DNA of 47,300 nt, from assembly GCA_013115125.1 (NCBI GenBank), contig JABANN010000251.1, positions 1 through 47,300 of the forward strand, in the 5' to 3' direction. The notes beneath the pieces were generated by a model. It saw nothing but the letters and a program-made list of their open reading frames with translations. It was not told where the DNA came from and did no database searches. Numbering within the stretch: position 1 is the first letter of the stretch; each line of letters opens with the position of its first letter. Shown here in pieces: positions 26,801 through 38,200 of the stretch. Origin of the DNA: Perkinsus olseni (lineage: Eukaryota). Position numbers and translations under genes: made by a program.

Positions 26801-29800
26801 TCCCAATGGGGAGGGACGACAGCTTTTCTCCTACGGTAGTGATGATAAAGTCATCAACTCTGACAGGATGGTCCAAGAGCATCTTAGAAGATGCAGCTAG
26901 GGGTGTCAGAATGATCGACCCTGCCAGTTGGTCACTGCTGCCCCCACTTGCCACCGCGAACTGTATTTTGCTTATGAGAGTATCGAGGAAGTACCTACAT
27001 CAGTAGCAGCAGTGAGCCCTGGCCGACGGACTGTCCTCGGTGTTACATAGCGCCTTCAACAGAGATGGCCAGAGGGTAACTCTTCGGTGTCTCATCATCA
27101 GAGTCCCTCCTTACAGTACTAAGGAGGTCCAAGGTCCTCAGTAAGAACTCCGATGCTACAGCGAGGATCGAGTAAGGATACTCCGCAGTTGATACTCCTG
27201 CTAGGTAAGTCGAGGCGGGCGGGTCGTCCCTACAGGAGTGGGGTGAAAGGCGATGGCTGAGGGGGTGGCGTACTCATCATCATCCTTCGTGTCGAGCAAC
27301 ACCATGATGGAGCTGTCATCCTTCTGTCCATCCTCGAGGCCAGCAGAGGACTTCTCAGCAGCAGTGGAAGGTGTAGAGGCCTTTTGTTGCCTCTTCTTCA
27401 TCAAGTCCTGCCATCAGGAGGAGGCGTGTACTGCTACCGAGGGAGTGTCAGGGTGGCTAATACCTTCACGAGGACCTCCTCCACCGTGTGGGGATCTTTC
27501 AACATCAAACCCTTCATCATGGGGTTGGCCAGAATGTCCGACAACTTGTAAGCCAGATGGTGTTGTCGCGGAGGAGAGGTCCGCTGTTGAGGTCGATGAG
27601 ACTTGTCCGAGGCATCGCCAGGCCTGCACAGGAGTAGCACTTGCAGTGCTCACTAATACGACGGCAAGCCTACTTCCCCTCCTTCCTGCTCTTCTCCTCA
27701 GCACTTTGCTGGTGACGATGATGGCGACGATGATTCTTCTTGTGGGCGTCGGCACTCCCCTTTTTCTTCTTCCGCTCACTTTCCTTATTCAACTGCCGCA
27801 GCGCCAAGTCCACCACTGCCGCTATGAACTGTTTATTCTCCAGCAGCTTCGCCAATACACTCGCCAACATGGACGTGATCTCAGGATAGGACGAGGACCG
27901 CCTCAAGCTCAGCAACGACAACAGCTTCCATGGCGAAGACCCGAAAACTGCGGAAGCGTTAACCTAAAGGGAGCGGGCATAAGTCCCTTAATTCCCATCT
28001 GCCAGCCTACCTCCCTGTTGGCCAGCAAGGACATGACCTCGAGGGCAGCTCTGGTGAGGTCAGGTGATGGCACCACAACTGCCACCAGCTTCAGAGGGTC
28101 ACTCGACGATCGCCTCTCCTCGTGGGCCGTGAGGATGCCCACCACTGCGGCGAGAAGCCTCTGCTGCAGAGTATCCCAGTCGCCGGTGTAGATGTAGGGC
28201 TCATCACAGAGGCCCTCGATGGCCAGGGACGCCTCAGTAAGCCATGCTGGCATCTCCTTGGCGCTGGCCTCCTCCTCCTCTTCCTCAGTTCGGGCAAGCA
28301 TCGCCGACTCCTCCACCATCGTTTCCAGCCAGGAGTGAGCATCCGCCATTTTATCATCATCCCCCGGGTTCACCTTCATCTCACAATAATGGCAGTACCC
28401 TTCTATTACCCCCTGAGCCTTGCCACTCTTCCACAGCGTAGCCCTCACTCTCTCAGAGGCGTTAGTAAGGAAAGCCAAAACATGCGACAGGCACTGCAGG
28501 GCGTTGGGAGCGCTATCCTCCCCTTCAGCTGCCACCTTGATCTCATCGACAAACTCACCAGTGACCACACCAACCACATGCAGTAGGTTGGCAACATGAG
28601 TCTTCAGCCTGACCGTCTCATCACCCGCCTCGGAAGGCTGCCCTTCAGCGACGCCCAGTCGGACCCGATTACAGTTCTGCGCCACCCTGCTGATGACATC
28701 AGCACAGTGCGTCGGCTGACCACCCTTCTTTGACAGGGAGATGCAGCGCGAGATGAAGTCCCTCCCAACGTCCTCGGCATTCTTCCGGACCTCCGCAGCG
28801 GTGAGGTCGGATGGAAGATCGAGAGCGCTGCCGGCCTTCCTCAAGGCCGGCACTCTGTCACGCAGTACCGCAATGAAATTCTCCTTAAGCGCGTAATGGG
28901 CTGCGGATGAGTTCTTGAGACTGATGCTTGGATCTCCGACAGGAGTAGCATCCGTTGCTGAAGGAGCGGTAGAAGCCTTGGGTGAGGCCTCGGCAGAAGC
29001 AGCAGCGGGAGGATTCTCCTCAGCCATGGTGACATCGCCAGGTACTCGACGTAGAGCTGGGGCTCTAAGCATCTCCGCTATGGCAGCTTCGGCAGGGCTC
29101 CCTTCACTCCCATCAGGAGGGGGAGATGTGGTAGTAGTAGCAGTGTCATCATCAACCACTCTTGGGTCAGGCTCAACAGCATGAGTAAACAGCTTGACCA
29201 TCGACCCGCATGCCCTAGCCGACATCACGTACCGCTTAGCCTCGCCGGCCTTATCCTCCTCCTCCTCCGAGGCTGCCTGCCGGCCCAGCCAGGCGTCATC
29301 CCTCCAGAGGGGTAGCAAGGCTGCTGTTAACCTCACTTGAAGGGAGCTGACCAGCCTATAGCCGTCCACTTTGAGGAAGCTCTGGACTGCCGAGGGAGTG
29401 CTCTTGTCGATAGTGGGGAAGAGCGCGGGTTGGTTAAGGTTGGAGTTCTCCATCCTCTTCACCGAGGTTATCCTCTCACAATAACCGAGTACCGAAGCAG
29501 ATAATGTCTCGTCCGTCAGAGGATCTACCAGTTGGTAATCAAAAGGTCCCGCGTTCAACCCCCGGCACCCACCTTTCAGTACATCCACAACCATATTAGT
29601 GAAGTCCTGTCCGAAGCCCCCCATCTGACAGCAATAACGATCATTCAGCACCCCCCCCCTTTACCCTCCCCATTACCTTGAACATAGCATCGATGGAAAG
29701 AACCCTGATGTGATGGCTCCTGTCCTCCACATGGCACTTGGCCAACAACTCAAACAGCTCTGTCGCAAACCTACCACCAGCAGTCCCCCCTGGGCCTCAC

Positions 29801-32800
29801 ACTGTAAACGGTATTACCTCTTCTTCGAGATGCTCAGCCTCGTAGCATCCACCTTCTCCTTCAAGCTGGCGTAGCGTTTAGTCATACCAATGAAGGCACT
29901 GCTGAGGAGCACTGAGGCAATCCTCGCTGAGTTGGATATCTGCTTGTGACTGAGGCTGCTGAAGAACATATCGTTGACCCTCTTGATTCTGCCACTAGGA
30001 GTGTTGGCCAGCTTCGTCACGGCTTCCATGAACTTCTTCACAGCCGACCAGAGTGACCACCGCATAGCATCAACACTGTCGTTCTTCTCCGCGCTCATCT
30101 CCACAGCCTTCCGCCAGTCTATAGTGTCCCTCATGAACCTCGACCGTCTGACTTGGTTGGGAGGGGAGTTCAGCTGCAGCGTCAAGTCCATGTTGACCTC
30201 AGTTGGCCCGCCCTGTCGGTCAGCCTCCTCCACTTCTGCTGTTGCCAGCTGCTCCAGCAGCTCCGGGGCAAACTTGCATACGGTGTCGAGGACCGGCAAT
30301 AGACTGTAGCTGAGGTAGTCTCTAGTAGAGGCCCCAGCAGGCGATGTACTACTACCGAACAACCCTCCACCAGTGTCTTTGAAGGGGGCATGGACCAAGC
30401 CGAGGACCTTCAACCCGAATGTGACGGCTGACAGCAGAGAATGATCAGCTGCACCCTCGGCAAGCTTCTGACCGTTGTCGACCACCAGGGACGCCAACGG
30501 GAAAACGCAGTCGGCCGAGTCGGTCTGCTGACTGGACGCCGATGATGACGATGCAGTAGACGCATGGGGAGGGCCTGAGGAAGATGAGTATGATGACAGT
30601 GAGGCACCAGTAGTTCTTACTGAGGTTATTATAGAAGGCGTTCTCCAGAGCCCGGAAGGTGGCCACTATTGGGTGGTAGTGGGGATGCTGCTGCTGTTGC
30701 TGTTGGCCTTGCTGCTGGTTAGTCGTCGTGGCAGAGCCGATCATGACAACTGGTGCTAGTATGCTGCTTCCCTTCGGCAAGGAAGGGTGAGTAGCCAACT
30801 TGACCAAGAGTTCATTGAGATGTTGTCCAGGCTTTGAGGACTTCCCTCCTCCCTCAGTATCCTCCATTACGAACAGCTTAGCCATCGACGAGTGTGTTTG
30901 CAGTAGTGACGTGAGTAGCCTGCATGCAGGTGCCAGCTTTGCGCTCAATAACCCACCAGTGTTGTTGGCAGCCTCCTCCCGATCGGCCCAGGCCAGGAGG
31001 TCCTCCAGGCCACCAACCGCAGCCTTCACTAGAGGTTTGGCGAGCTCATTGCGGTTGCGGACGATATCCTCGAGAGACTGGCTTAGCATCATAGGTAGAT
31101 CGGAGGTCACCTTCTCGGCCAATGGTGACACAGGCCGTACTCCTGCACCATCACCAGTCATCACCAACCTGACCAGCTTTGTCAAGGGGTTATCCTCCCC
31201 TTGCAGGTCACGCAGCAGCTCAGCACCCTTGTTATGCAGAGAGAAGCTCGAGAGAGCTGTCGAGGTCCACCCAAGAGCGAAGCTAGAGTTGCGAACTACT
31301 GGCAAGCTCTTGGCCATGGCCTTGAGGAGCTCGCCATTCGGCCCGAGTACTGTAGGGATGATGATAGGGTCATTATCGCAGATGTAGTGCAGCAGCTGGG
31401 CTAAGTAACCAATATTCTGGGCACCAATAGCCTCCCCGCCATCCCCGAACAGTCTGACCACAACCTTCTGGAAGCCCTCTCTACGACGCCTAGCCGCCGA
31501 GTCCTCCGATAGCTGCTGTCCTTCACTCTGAACAACAACAGTCGATGATGATAACTGCCACGCTACGGTATCACCTCTTCAATCTCTCTGCCACCAAGAG
31601 CCTCGTTAAGGTTCATCCCCACGCTGGGGTCTATGTTGTGCACCGACGTCTTCAGCAGGTTGAGGACTGCCTGCAGCTCGTTACCTGACCTGCGCCTTCC
31701 GCAGCAACAGCAGGAGGAGGAGGGGCTGCCTTACGTCTGTTAGACAGGACGAGCATCTTCTCGTAGTCATCTCCTCCCGCCACGCCATCAGTGGACTCCC
31801 TAGAGGAGGTCCAACACTCATAACAGTCCTTCGACAAGGCTGCCACCACATCCAGCAGTCTGAGCAGGGGGGCCACATTAATGAGAGTTGGCGGAGGAAT
31901 GGTAGTACTTATCAAGTCCATTGAGGTCCCGGAAGAGTATACCAAAGCAGCCAGTAGAATACTCGAGGGCAATCTCGAGACACTTGCAGCAGCTAACCAA
32001 GGCTAGTACCGTATTGTGGTGCCAGTCTATTGGTATCTCATGGGTCGACAGACGGATGAGGAAATCCAAAATCTGCGTAAGAAGCAAGGTTCAACCTTAA
32101 GATTCTCTCCCTGGTCGTCCTACCATAGACATGTTGTTGACGTTAACCATCATATTAGGGTACTGCATTGCCGTTATGAGATTGGTCATAACATCGATAC
32201 ACTCACTACACACTGTCAGACTCTGCGTATACCGCGGCTGGTCTTTAGGAGGGGCGCCCTCCACTGGGGCCTGTGTCAGAGCATTCACCAGCCTGTCTCG
32301 AGAACCCTGGATCATTCGATAGATATGGCCCAGGTTGGAGGAAGGGGCCAATGCTGAAAGAAAAACAGCAGAAACGTCTTTGCTGAGCTCATCTACCAAC
32401 AGTGATGGGAATATTGACTCAGCCTTCGAAGACGTTTTTGCGTTCACAGTGAGCTACGACGAGTGCAGGATCTCTCCTCAAGTGGAGTTATCGACATACA
32501 GCAGATGACAACAAGCTATAGTCCTAGTGTGAAGGCCAGAGCTCGGTCCATCTACTGTAGATGGGCAACGACGCAAATCATGGCGGACACTCTCCCTCAT
32601 CCTACCAACAACTAGCTGCTGTCCACCAGCCCCCAGTAGACTTCCCTCCATCAATACAGTGCTCATGAGACGATAAGACCATAAGAGAGTGGTCTCCACC
32701 TCTATGGGGAGGGCCCTCGCTACAGGGACCCCCTTAACCGATTCAGCATACGATACTGCAGAGAAGGGCAAGGCAGCCAGTTGGCCAAGGAAGGCTGGGT

Positions 32801-34374
32801 AGGTCTGCAAGTACATGTGCAGGAACCCACTACCTAACAAGTTGCGGAAGTTATGGTATGGACTTTGCACGCATGCACACTACCGATTCCCGATGGACCC
32901 CATGCCGGGGGCTGTCGTCCTCCCCTAGCCGTGGATTCAATGCCCATATTCCCGCATGGTGGTGGCGTGTGATGTGGTCTGATCTGCAGGGTTATGTCCA
33001 CCGTACAAAGACGTATCGCAGTAAAAAGCAGCATCAAGTCGCTGTCACCCTTCAGGAGGGCCAAGGCATGACGCAGCCTGTACCGCAGCATCGTAAGGAC
33101 GGACTCCTCAGTAACCGTATTTTTCAGTTTTTCCATCAGTTCGTTGGCTGCACTAACCCCCTGTTGTCCCTTAGCCAAAGTGCAATGAAGTGACTTCATC
33201 TCGTGTGTGAGTGGCTGCTGATAATCAAATATGAACTCCACACTCTTCGGCAGGGATATTGCCGTGGACCGCACCATCTGCGGGTCCTGACAACAACGAC
33301 CAGTACAAACCGAAAAGGTCCACAACCAGACCCCTGATATCACCTCCTTTCCTGCACTTCTGCCGCTGCTTCCCGAATGGTTACAGCAGCAGCATAGAAC
33401 ATCATAGCTGGGGTTATAATTCTCCCATCCCTCGGACAGCCAACTGAGCCGCATTCTCATACCCTTCTGTATCCCCTCGTCCATCGAGGTTGCCTGTGTG
33501 TTGGCTACATGCACGACACCTGACGTGAGGGACTCCACGACACGAGCTGACGATGGTCAGCATACGTTTGAAAATGTTGGTAGTAGAGTAGTTGTAGTTC
33601 CAGAGGACGTCTAGGGCTGCTATGATGATCCGCGGATGGGGACTGTCCAGCAACGCCATCAGTCGATCAAAAGAATTGTATCTGTACCGTCCATAATGAC
33701 GTGATGCTTGTGAAGAGTACACTCACAATAGGGTGGCTTGGGAGTTGCTGACTAACACTATTTTGGACCATCTCAACAGCTCGATGATGACCTCATCTAC
33801 TGCTGTTACCTCAGTACTCTAAAACGACGACCACCAGGACAGTGACCACTACTACGACCCTCAGTACTACCATAGCCAGCAACACGCTATTGCTAGTGTG
33901 TTCTATATACCGCTCCATGACCAAATCAATAGCATCGAATACCCCAGCCCAGCAGAGACCATCGTAGTTAGTCTCAGCATAGCGATCGTCCTCTCCATTA
34001 ACCCTGCCACTGCTGCCACGGTAACCATCACTTTCATCATCCAGCCAGTGCCACTCCCTAAACCTCGGCTGCCACATGATATCAAGCAGCTGCCTGCATG
34101 ACTCTTCCGACTCTATCAGCAGGGCTTTCAGCGCAGCCTCGAGTTCCTAACACAATAACGTGACCTCCAACCACGCCTACGATGAGTTTACATCAGCAGC
34201 GATGGCTTCGGCAGGCGGCAGATAGCGTCGTCGGAGGGCTGAATCCTGGGATGGATCCAAACCCGGTCGAGACGCCATGTCTTCGTCGTTTGCATGGTCC
34301 TCTGATGGTGCTCCTCGGTGTATGTCGAGCTGACGTAGTTGATCGAGGTAGATTTTCCTGTCGATGGGCGCCAT
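17286..34374 (-). CDS. HUWE1: Giant HECT E3 ubiquitin ligase, HUWE1/Tom1/UPL1-type; many exons
   Basis: C-terminal [90 protein letters not shown]...HEGFGFI* with catalytic Cys. UBM-like repeats ([32 protein letters not shown]), long acidic tracts, helical N-terminal region ([23 protein letters not shown]). Start at 34374 is the best candidate. Confidence 0.9.
20864..20896 (-). repeat. CAG microsatellite encoding poly-Gln within the HECT gene
   Basis: (ctg)n run on plus strand; translates as [14 protein letters not shown]. Confidence 0.9.
23828..23907 (-). repeat. 18-bp coding tandem repeat, about 4 copies (EAPPPA)
   Basis: tgcctcggcaggtggggg repeated; protein [28 protein letters not shown]. 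Confidence 0.95.
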
Positions 34375-34619
34375 CTAGTAGCTGATGATTATGCTGTGAT
34401 AGTAGTAGTAGTTTATAACAATAACACGTCACAGTCGTCACGGACGACCGCACAACAACAACTGAACAACATCACCCGTGATGAGCAAGCATCGAGTTAA
34501 GATACCCTCACACCCTATTTCCGGCCTCTGCCCACAGTAGCTCTATTAATACTATACAACCAAACGACAGTAATGACTGATGCCTCTCGGAACCAAGGAT
34601 GAGTGGTTATGGTAGCCAC

Positions 34620-35119
34620 TTAATCGAAGAGATCGAAGTCCATCTCCTCTTCCTCCTCCTCTTCCTCAACAGGCTTCTCCTCCTCAGCAGGGGCGGCCTC
34701 AGCAGCACCGGCGGCGGCACCTGAATGACAGAATGAAGCAAGACACTCAACAACACTCAAGAGTATTACCGGCAGCGGCAGCGGGGCGGGCACCAGCAGA
34801 GGCGATGGAGCCGAGCTTGGTGAGACCGGTGGCGATCATCTCCTGGACGTTCTTGCCCTTCACTTGAGCGAAGAACTTGGCGAGCATCTGAATATCGATA
34901 CTAGGAATCTCAGCTTGAACACCGTCAGATACAAAACAGGTCGGAATGTATCGTGCAAATCGATCACCGAAGACGAGTCGTTCCCCTACTGTTAGTCCCT
35001 TATATTACCTCGTCATCGCACTCAGCGTCAACGGAAGAGAGAATGTTCTTGACATCCTCCTCAGTGGGCTCATCATTGCCGCCCAAAACGGCCATAAGGT
35101 AGGCTGCTACGTACTTCAT
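34620..35119 (-). CDS. RPLP2: 60S acidic ribosomal protein P2, three exons
   Basis: MKYVAAYLMAVLGGNDEPTEEDVKNILSSVDAECDDE|MLAKFFAQVKGKNVQEMIATGLTKLGSIASAGARPAAAA|GAAAGAAEAAPAEEEKPVEEEEEEEMDFDLFD*; not in the ORF track because exons are short. Confidence 0.97.
34900..34990 (-). ncRNA. Candidate intronic snoRNA-like RNA in RPLP2 intron 1
   Basis: Intron 34888-35008 is 121 nt. Sense strand carries GATCGATTTGCACG (antisense to the conserved LSU rRNA segment CGTGCAAATCG), internal CCGA, terminal CTGA (34910-34913) and a flanking TAGG/CCTA stem. The C box is non-canonical (GTGATCGA). Confidence 0.3.
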
Positions 35120-35268
35120 CTTTGCTCCTAGGGGCAGGGGAGAAATTTCGTATTACCAACACCACCCACAGACAGCAATCGATCAAGCTAAAGAATTGCA
35201 AGTTCGCAAGATTTCAAGACCAACCCTTCCCTATCACATCACGGCAGCCTGCTGAAGGTTTAATTAAA
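35120..35268. promoter_or_regulatory. 149-bp divergent spacer between RPLP2 and SMARCAL1-like gene
   Basis: ATGs at 35119 (-) and 35269 (+). Minus strand reads tttctcccctgcccctAG gagcaaag ATG, a pyrimidine tract plus AG just before the RPLP2 start. Confidence 0.5.
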
Positions 35269-38200
35269 ATGATGCAGCAGCGAGCGGCCTCGAGTGGAGG
35301 CTCCTCCACCTTTACCATCCCCAACCAACAGCATGGTAATGTCGATGGAGCGACCAGGATAGGATTTGGAAAGCACAATGGCAAGACCTTCGAAGAGGTG
35401 ATATACACTGCTATTGCAGAATACTCTAGCACCCCTCGAGGATGGGCTGACGCTTGAGTTTAGTAAATAACACAATCAAATCAACCCTCCCGACCTGCAT
35501 GCTGCCGATGAATCGCTTGGCGAATAGTTTCACTGGCTCAGCGATGGCGTACTGACTTCTCCGATGTACCAAAGCAGAATATTTTTGAGTAGTGAGTTGT
35601 AGTAATGTACTTAAGGGACTTCGGGTGATGCCTAATACACTGGTAGGGGTAGCTACTGCCAACGAATAATGGGTGTATTAGTGGGGTAATGAGTATGTGG
35701 TTCTGCACGAGGCTCGCTGCCAGTTGTGTCGATAAAAACTGTCGTGGAATTGCTTTTACTTATCGTCCTCTCGTCCGGCGGTCCCACACCTCTCGTCGAT
35801 TGGATTCCTTGCAGAGCGGGACATAGGGCCACAGCCGCGTAGGATCTTGTATGCGTTCGAATAACGACTTGCTCGCCGGTCGCGGAGCGCATCATCGTAG
35901 CCGTCGTCGCGGAGAATCCAGTCTGCGTGGTGACACTAAGTAATGAGCATCAAAGTGGAGATACTTATAATGTGACAGTTGTCCTTTGTACTCTCATCAA
36001 ATTCATGTTAATTCATCATCGACATCGGATACCGATTCTACTTCCAATGCTTAGTCGACGCGTTGTACTAGCCCTCAACTTCCGCGCTTGAATGAATCTC
36101 CCCCTCCACAGGTAGCAACGTCCGACCCTGGATACTGTCAGTGGGTGATCAATCAAGAGCAATGTAATGGCCAATTAGCACTTTTCAAGTCGTACCTAGA
36201 AGGCACGGCACCTCCTACTGATCAGAATAATAATTTTAATAATAGTAGTCGCCGGTAGGGTGATATCTTTCTCATCTGCCCGTAGCAAGCATCGACCTCA
36301 GATTCTCACAGCAGCATCCTAATACACAACACCCCAGTAGCGCACCTACGAGTGGACAGCATCCGAGTCAGCCCCTCTCCAGTGGGTGGCGTCCTCCGAG
36401 CCCTAGAGGCCACTTACCAACCTTCCAGGAGTATGCAATTTCAGCACCACCGGCAACACGGTGAGCTCGCGGCTGCCACTCCGCCCCACTGATGATCTCA
36501 GCAATTGTAGTAACTCAATATCGACTCCCCATTTGCCGCCGAGTGGAGGAGGTCTGCCAACATACGACCCCAATCGAGTACAGCAACACTCTACAGGGTG
36601 ATGACTGGAGCTAGTGTCGATTGATCTGTTGAGACTGCCTTTCGGTCAGGTCACAGCCTGCCATGCCATCATACCAGACGCCGCGAACCCTCCCGTGGCA
36701 GTCAACTCAGAATAACGTGCATAACCAGCAGGTTGCAGGGTACCGGACTAAATCAGCCCCGGCAGCTTCCACCTGCCAAAATGCAGCATCAGACGGCAAA
36801 ACGTGAGCAGTCGTACTCCAACGACTGTTATGATGTCAACAAAACAGGTATAACTTCCGCATGGAGATTGGCAGCAACGGCAGCTTGAAGCTTACTACCG
36901 GCGACTGGCTGCCTAGGGAACTCTGGCGAGCACTCAGGTCCGTGCTGGGGGCGTTCAAGGTATGACGATATGATATTCGTATTCAGTTTCGAAACTCCGC
37001 TGTTGCGGCCAGTCGACAACAACCCGGGGGAATATGTAGTGAATGAAGCTCTCATGCCGAACACAAGCAGGTAAGCGGCGAGTGGTGGTAGACTCAGTCG
37101 AAGGTAATGGTGGCAGGGCTAAGATCATCGATAAGGTGATAGCCGAGGCTAAGAAGTTACCCGGAGTGGCCGTCGTGGAGCCGATTCCACAGTGAGGCAG
37201 CATCGAGCGTTACTATCGTAATCTTCTCAGTGCAGGTTCGTACTCTCGGTTCTATCGAGTAACCCTACCCCTACTGAGACCATCCCTATACCAGAAGCCA
37301 TTGACGCGATACAGCCACCTTTGAAGCCCTATCAAAGGGCTGGGGTGGAATTCGCTTTGCAGCGGAGGGGCAGATGTCTGTTCGGTGATGAGATGGGCCT
37401 AGGCAAGACGCTACAGGCATTGGCTGTTGCTTTGGCTTACCGGAGTGAATGGCCGGTATTGGTGGTATGCCCACCTAGTTTGAAGTTTGTGTGGAAGGAT
37501 CAGATTTTAGAGTGGCTGAAGGATCATGTCCGGGGAGATCAGGTTCAGGTAGGTCGCCGACTTTGGCTGCCACTCCATAGCGGGCTTTTGTCAGGTCATC
37601 ATGAAAGGGAAGGACACCATTCAAAGCGACGCGAAATTCGTTATTGTTGGCTACCCCCTCATGAACAACTCCAAATTCCAGACCAGGCCTAACGGCTCTA
37701 AGTGAGTGTAGCATAGTGTGGCAGCCATGATGGGAGTGTTTTCGCTTCCCGATTCCTCGGAACACTGTTGGAGGAATTCGATAGGATTAAGTCATATGGG
37801 GCCGAGTTGCGCTCAATCAATCCTCATACCCCGGTTAAAAAGGAAGTTCGGGAAATTTCCCTCGGAGCCATGAGGTTCTTGGGGCCGGATCCTGCCGTTC
37901 CCCCGAAATGCGCGGGAGTCAGTAATCGTGCTTGAGAGCAGTGGGTGAGACCTCGAATCGACTTGCGAGTCTTCTATGTTCACGCCGCGTGAATCACGCG
38001 AGGAAGTTGCCTAGAGCTGCGAACCTCGCAGTCCAAAGCCCCTACATCCTCCTGCCCGAGCAAATCGCTCCGGATCAACCCTGGCGCCTAGCTCACGTAG
38101 AGCAGTACTTCATCAATTCGAGTACCTCGCGAGATGAGCACCCACGCTCATCGAATGGATTTCTCGTTATTGACGCAGCATTGGGCAAGGATGGTCACCA

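Noticed and set aside
27253-28191. 312-aa plus-strand ORF and the other long plus-strand ORFs between 17800 and 34400
   Set aside because: Antisense shadows of the GC-rich HECT coding exons, with low-complexity translations and no motifs.
35420-35625. RNase MRP RNA on the minus strand (GAAGTCCC motif)
   Set aside because: Only a partial CR-I-like match; no convincing CR-V partner could be placed.
35740-35770. U5 snRNA loop I-like TTGCTTTTACT
   Set aside because: Lacks the invariant GCCTTTTAC loop sequence and the usual closing stem and Sm site spacing.
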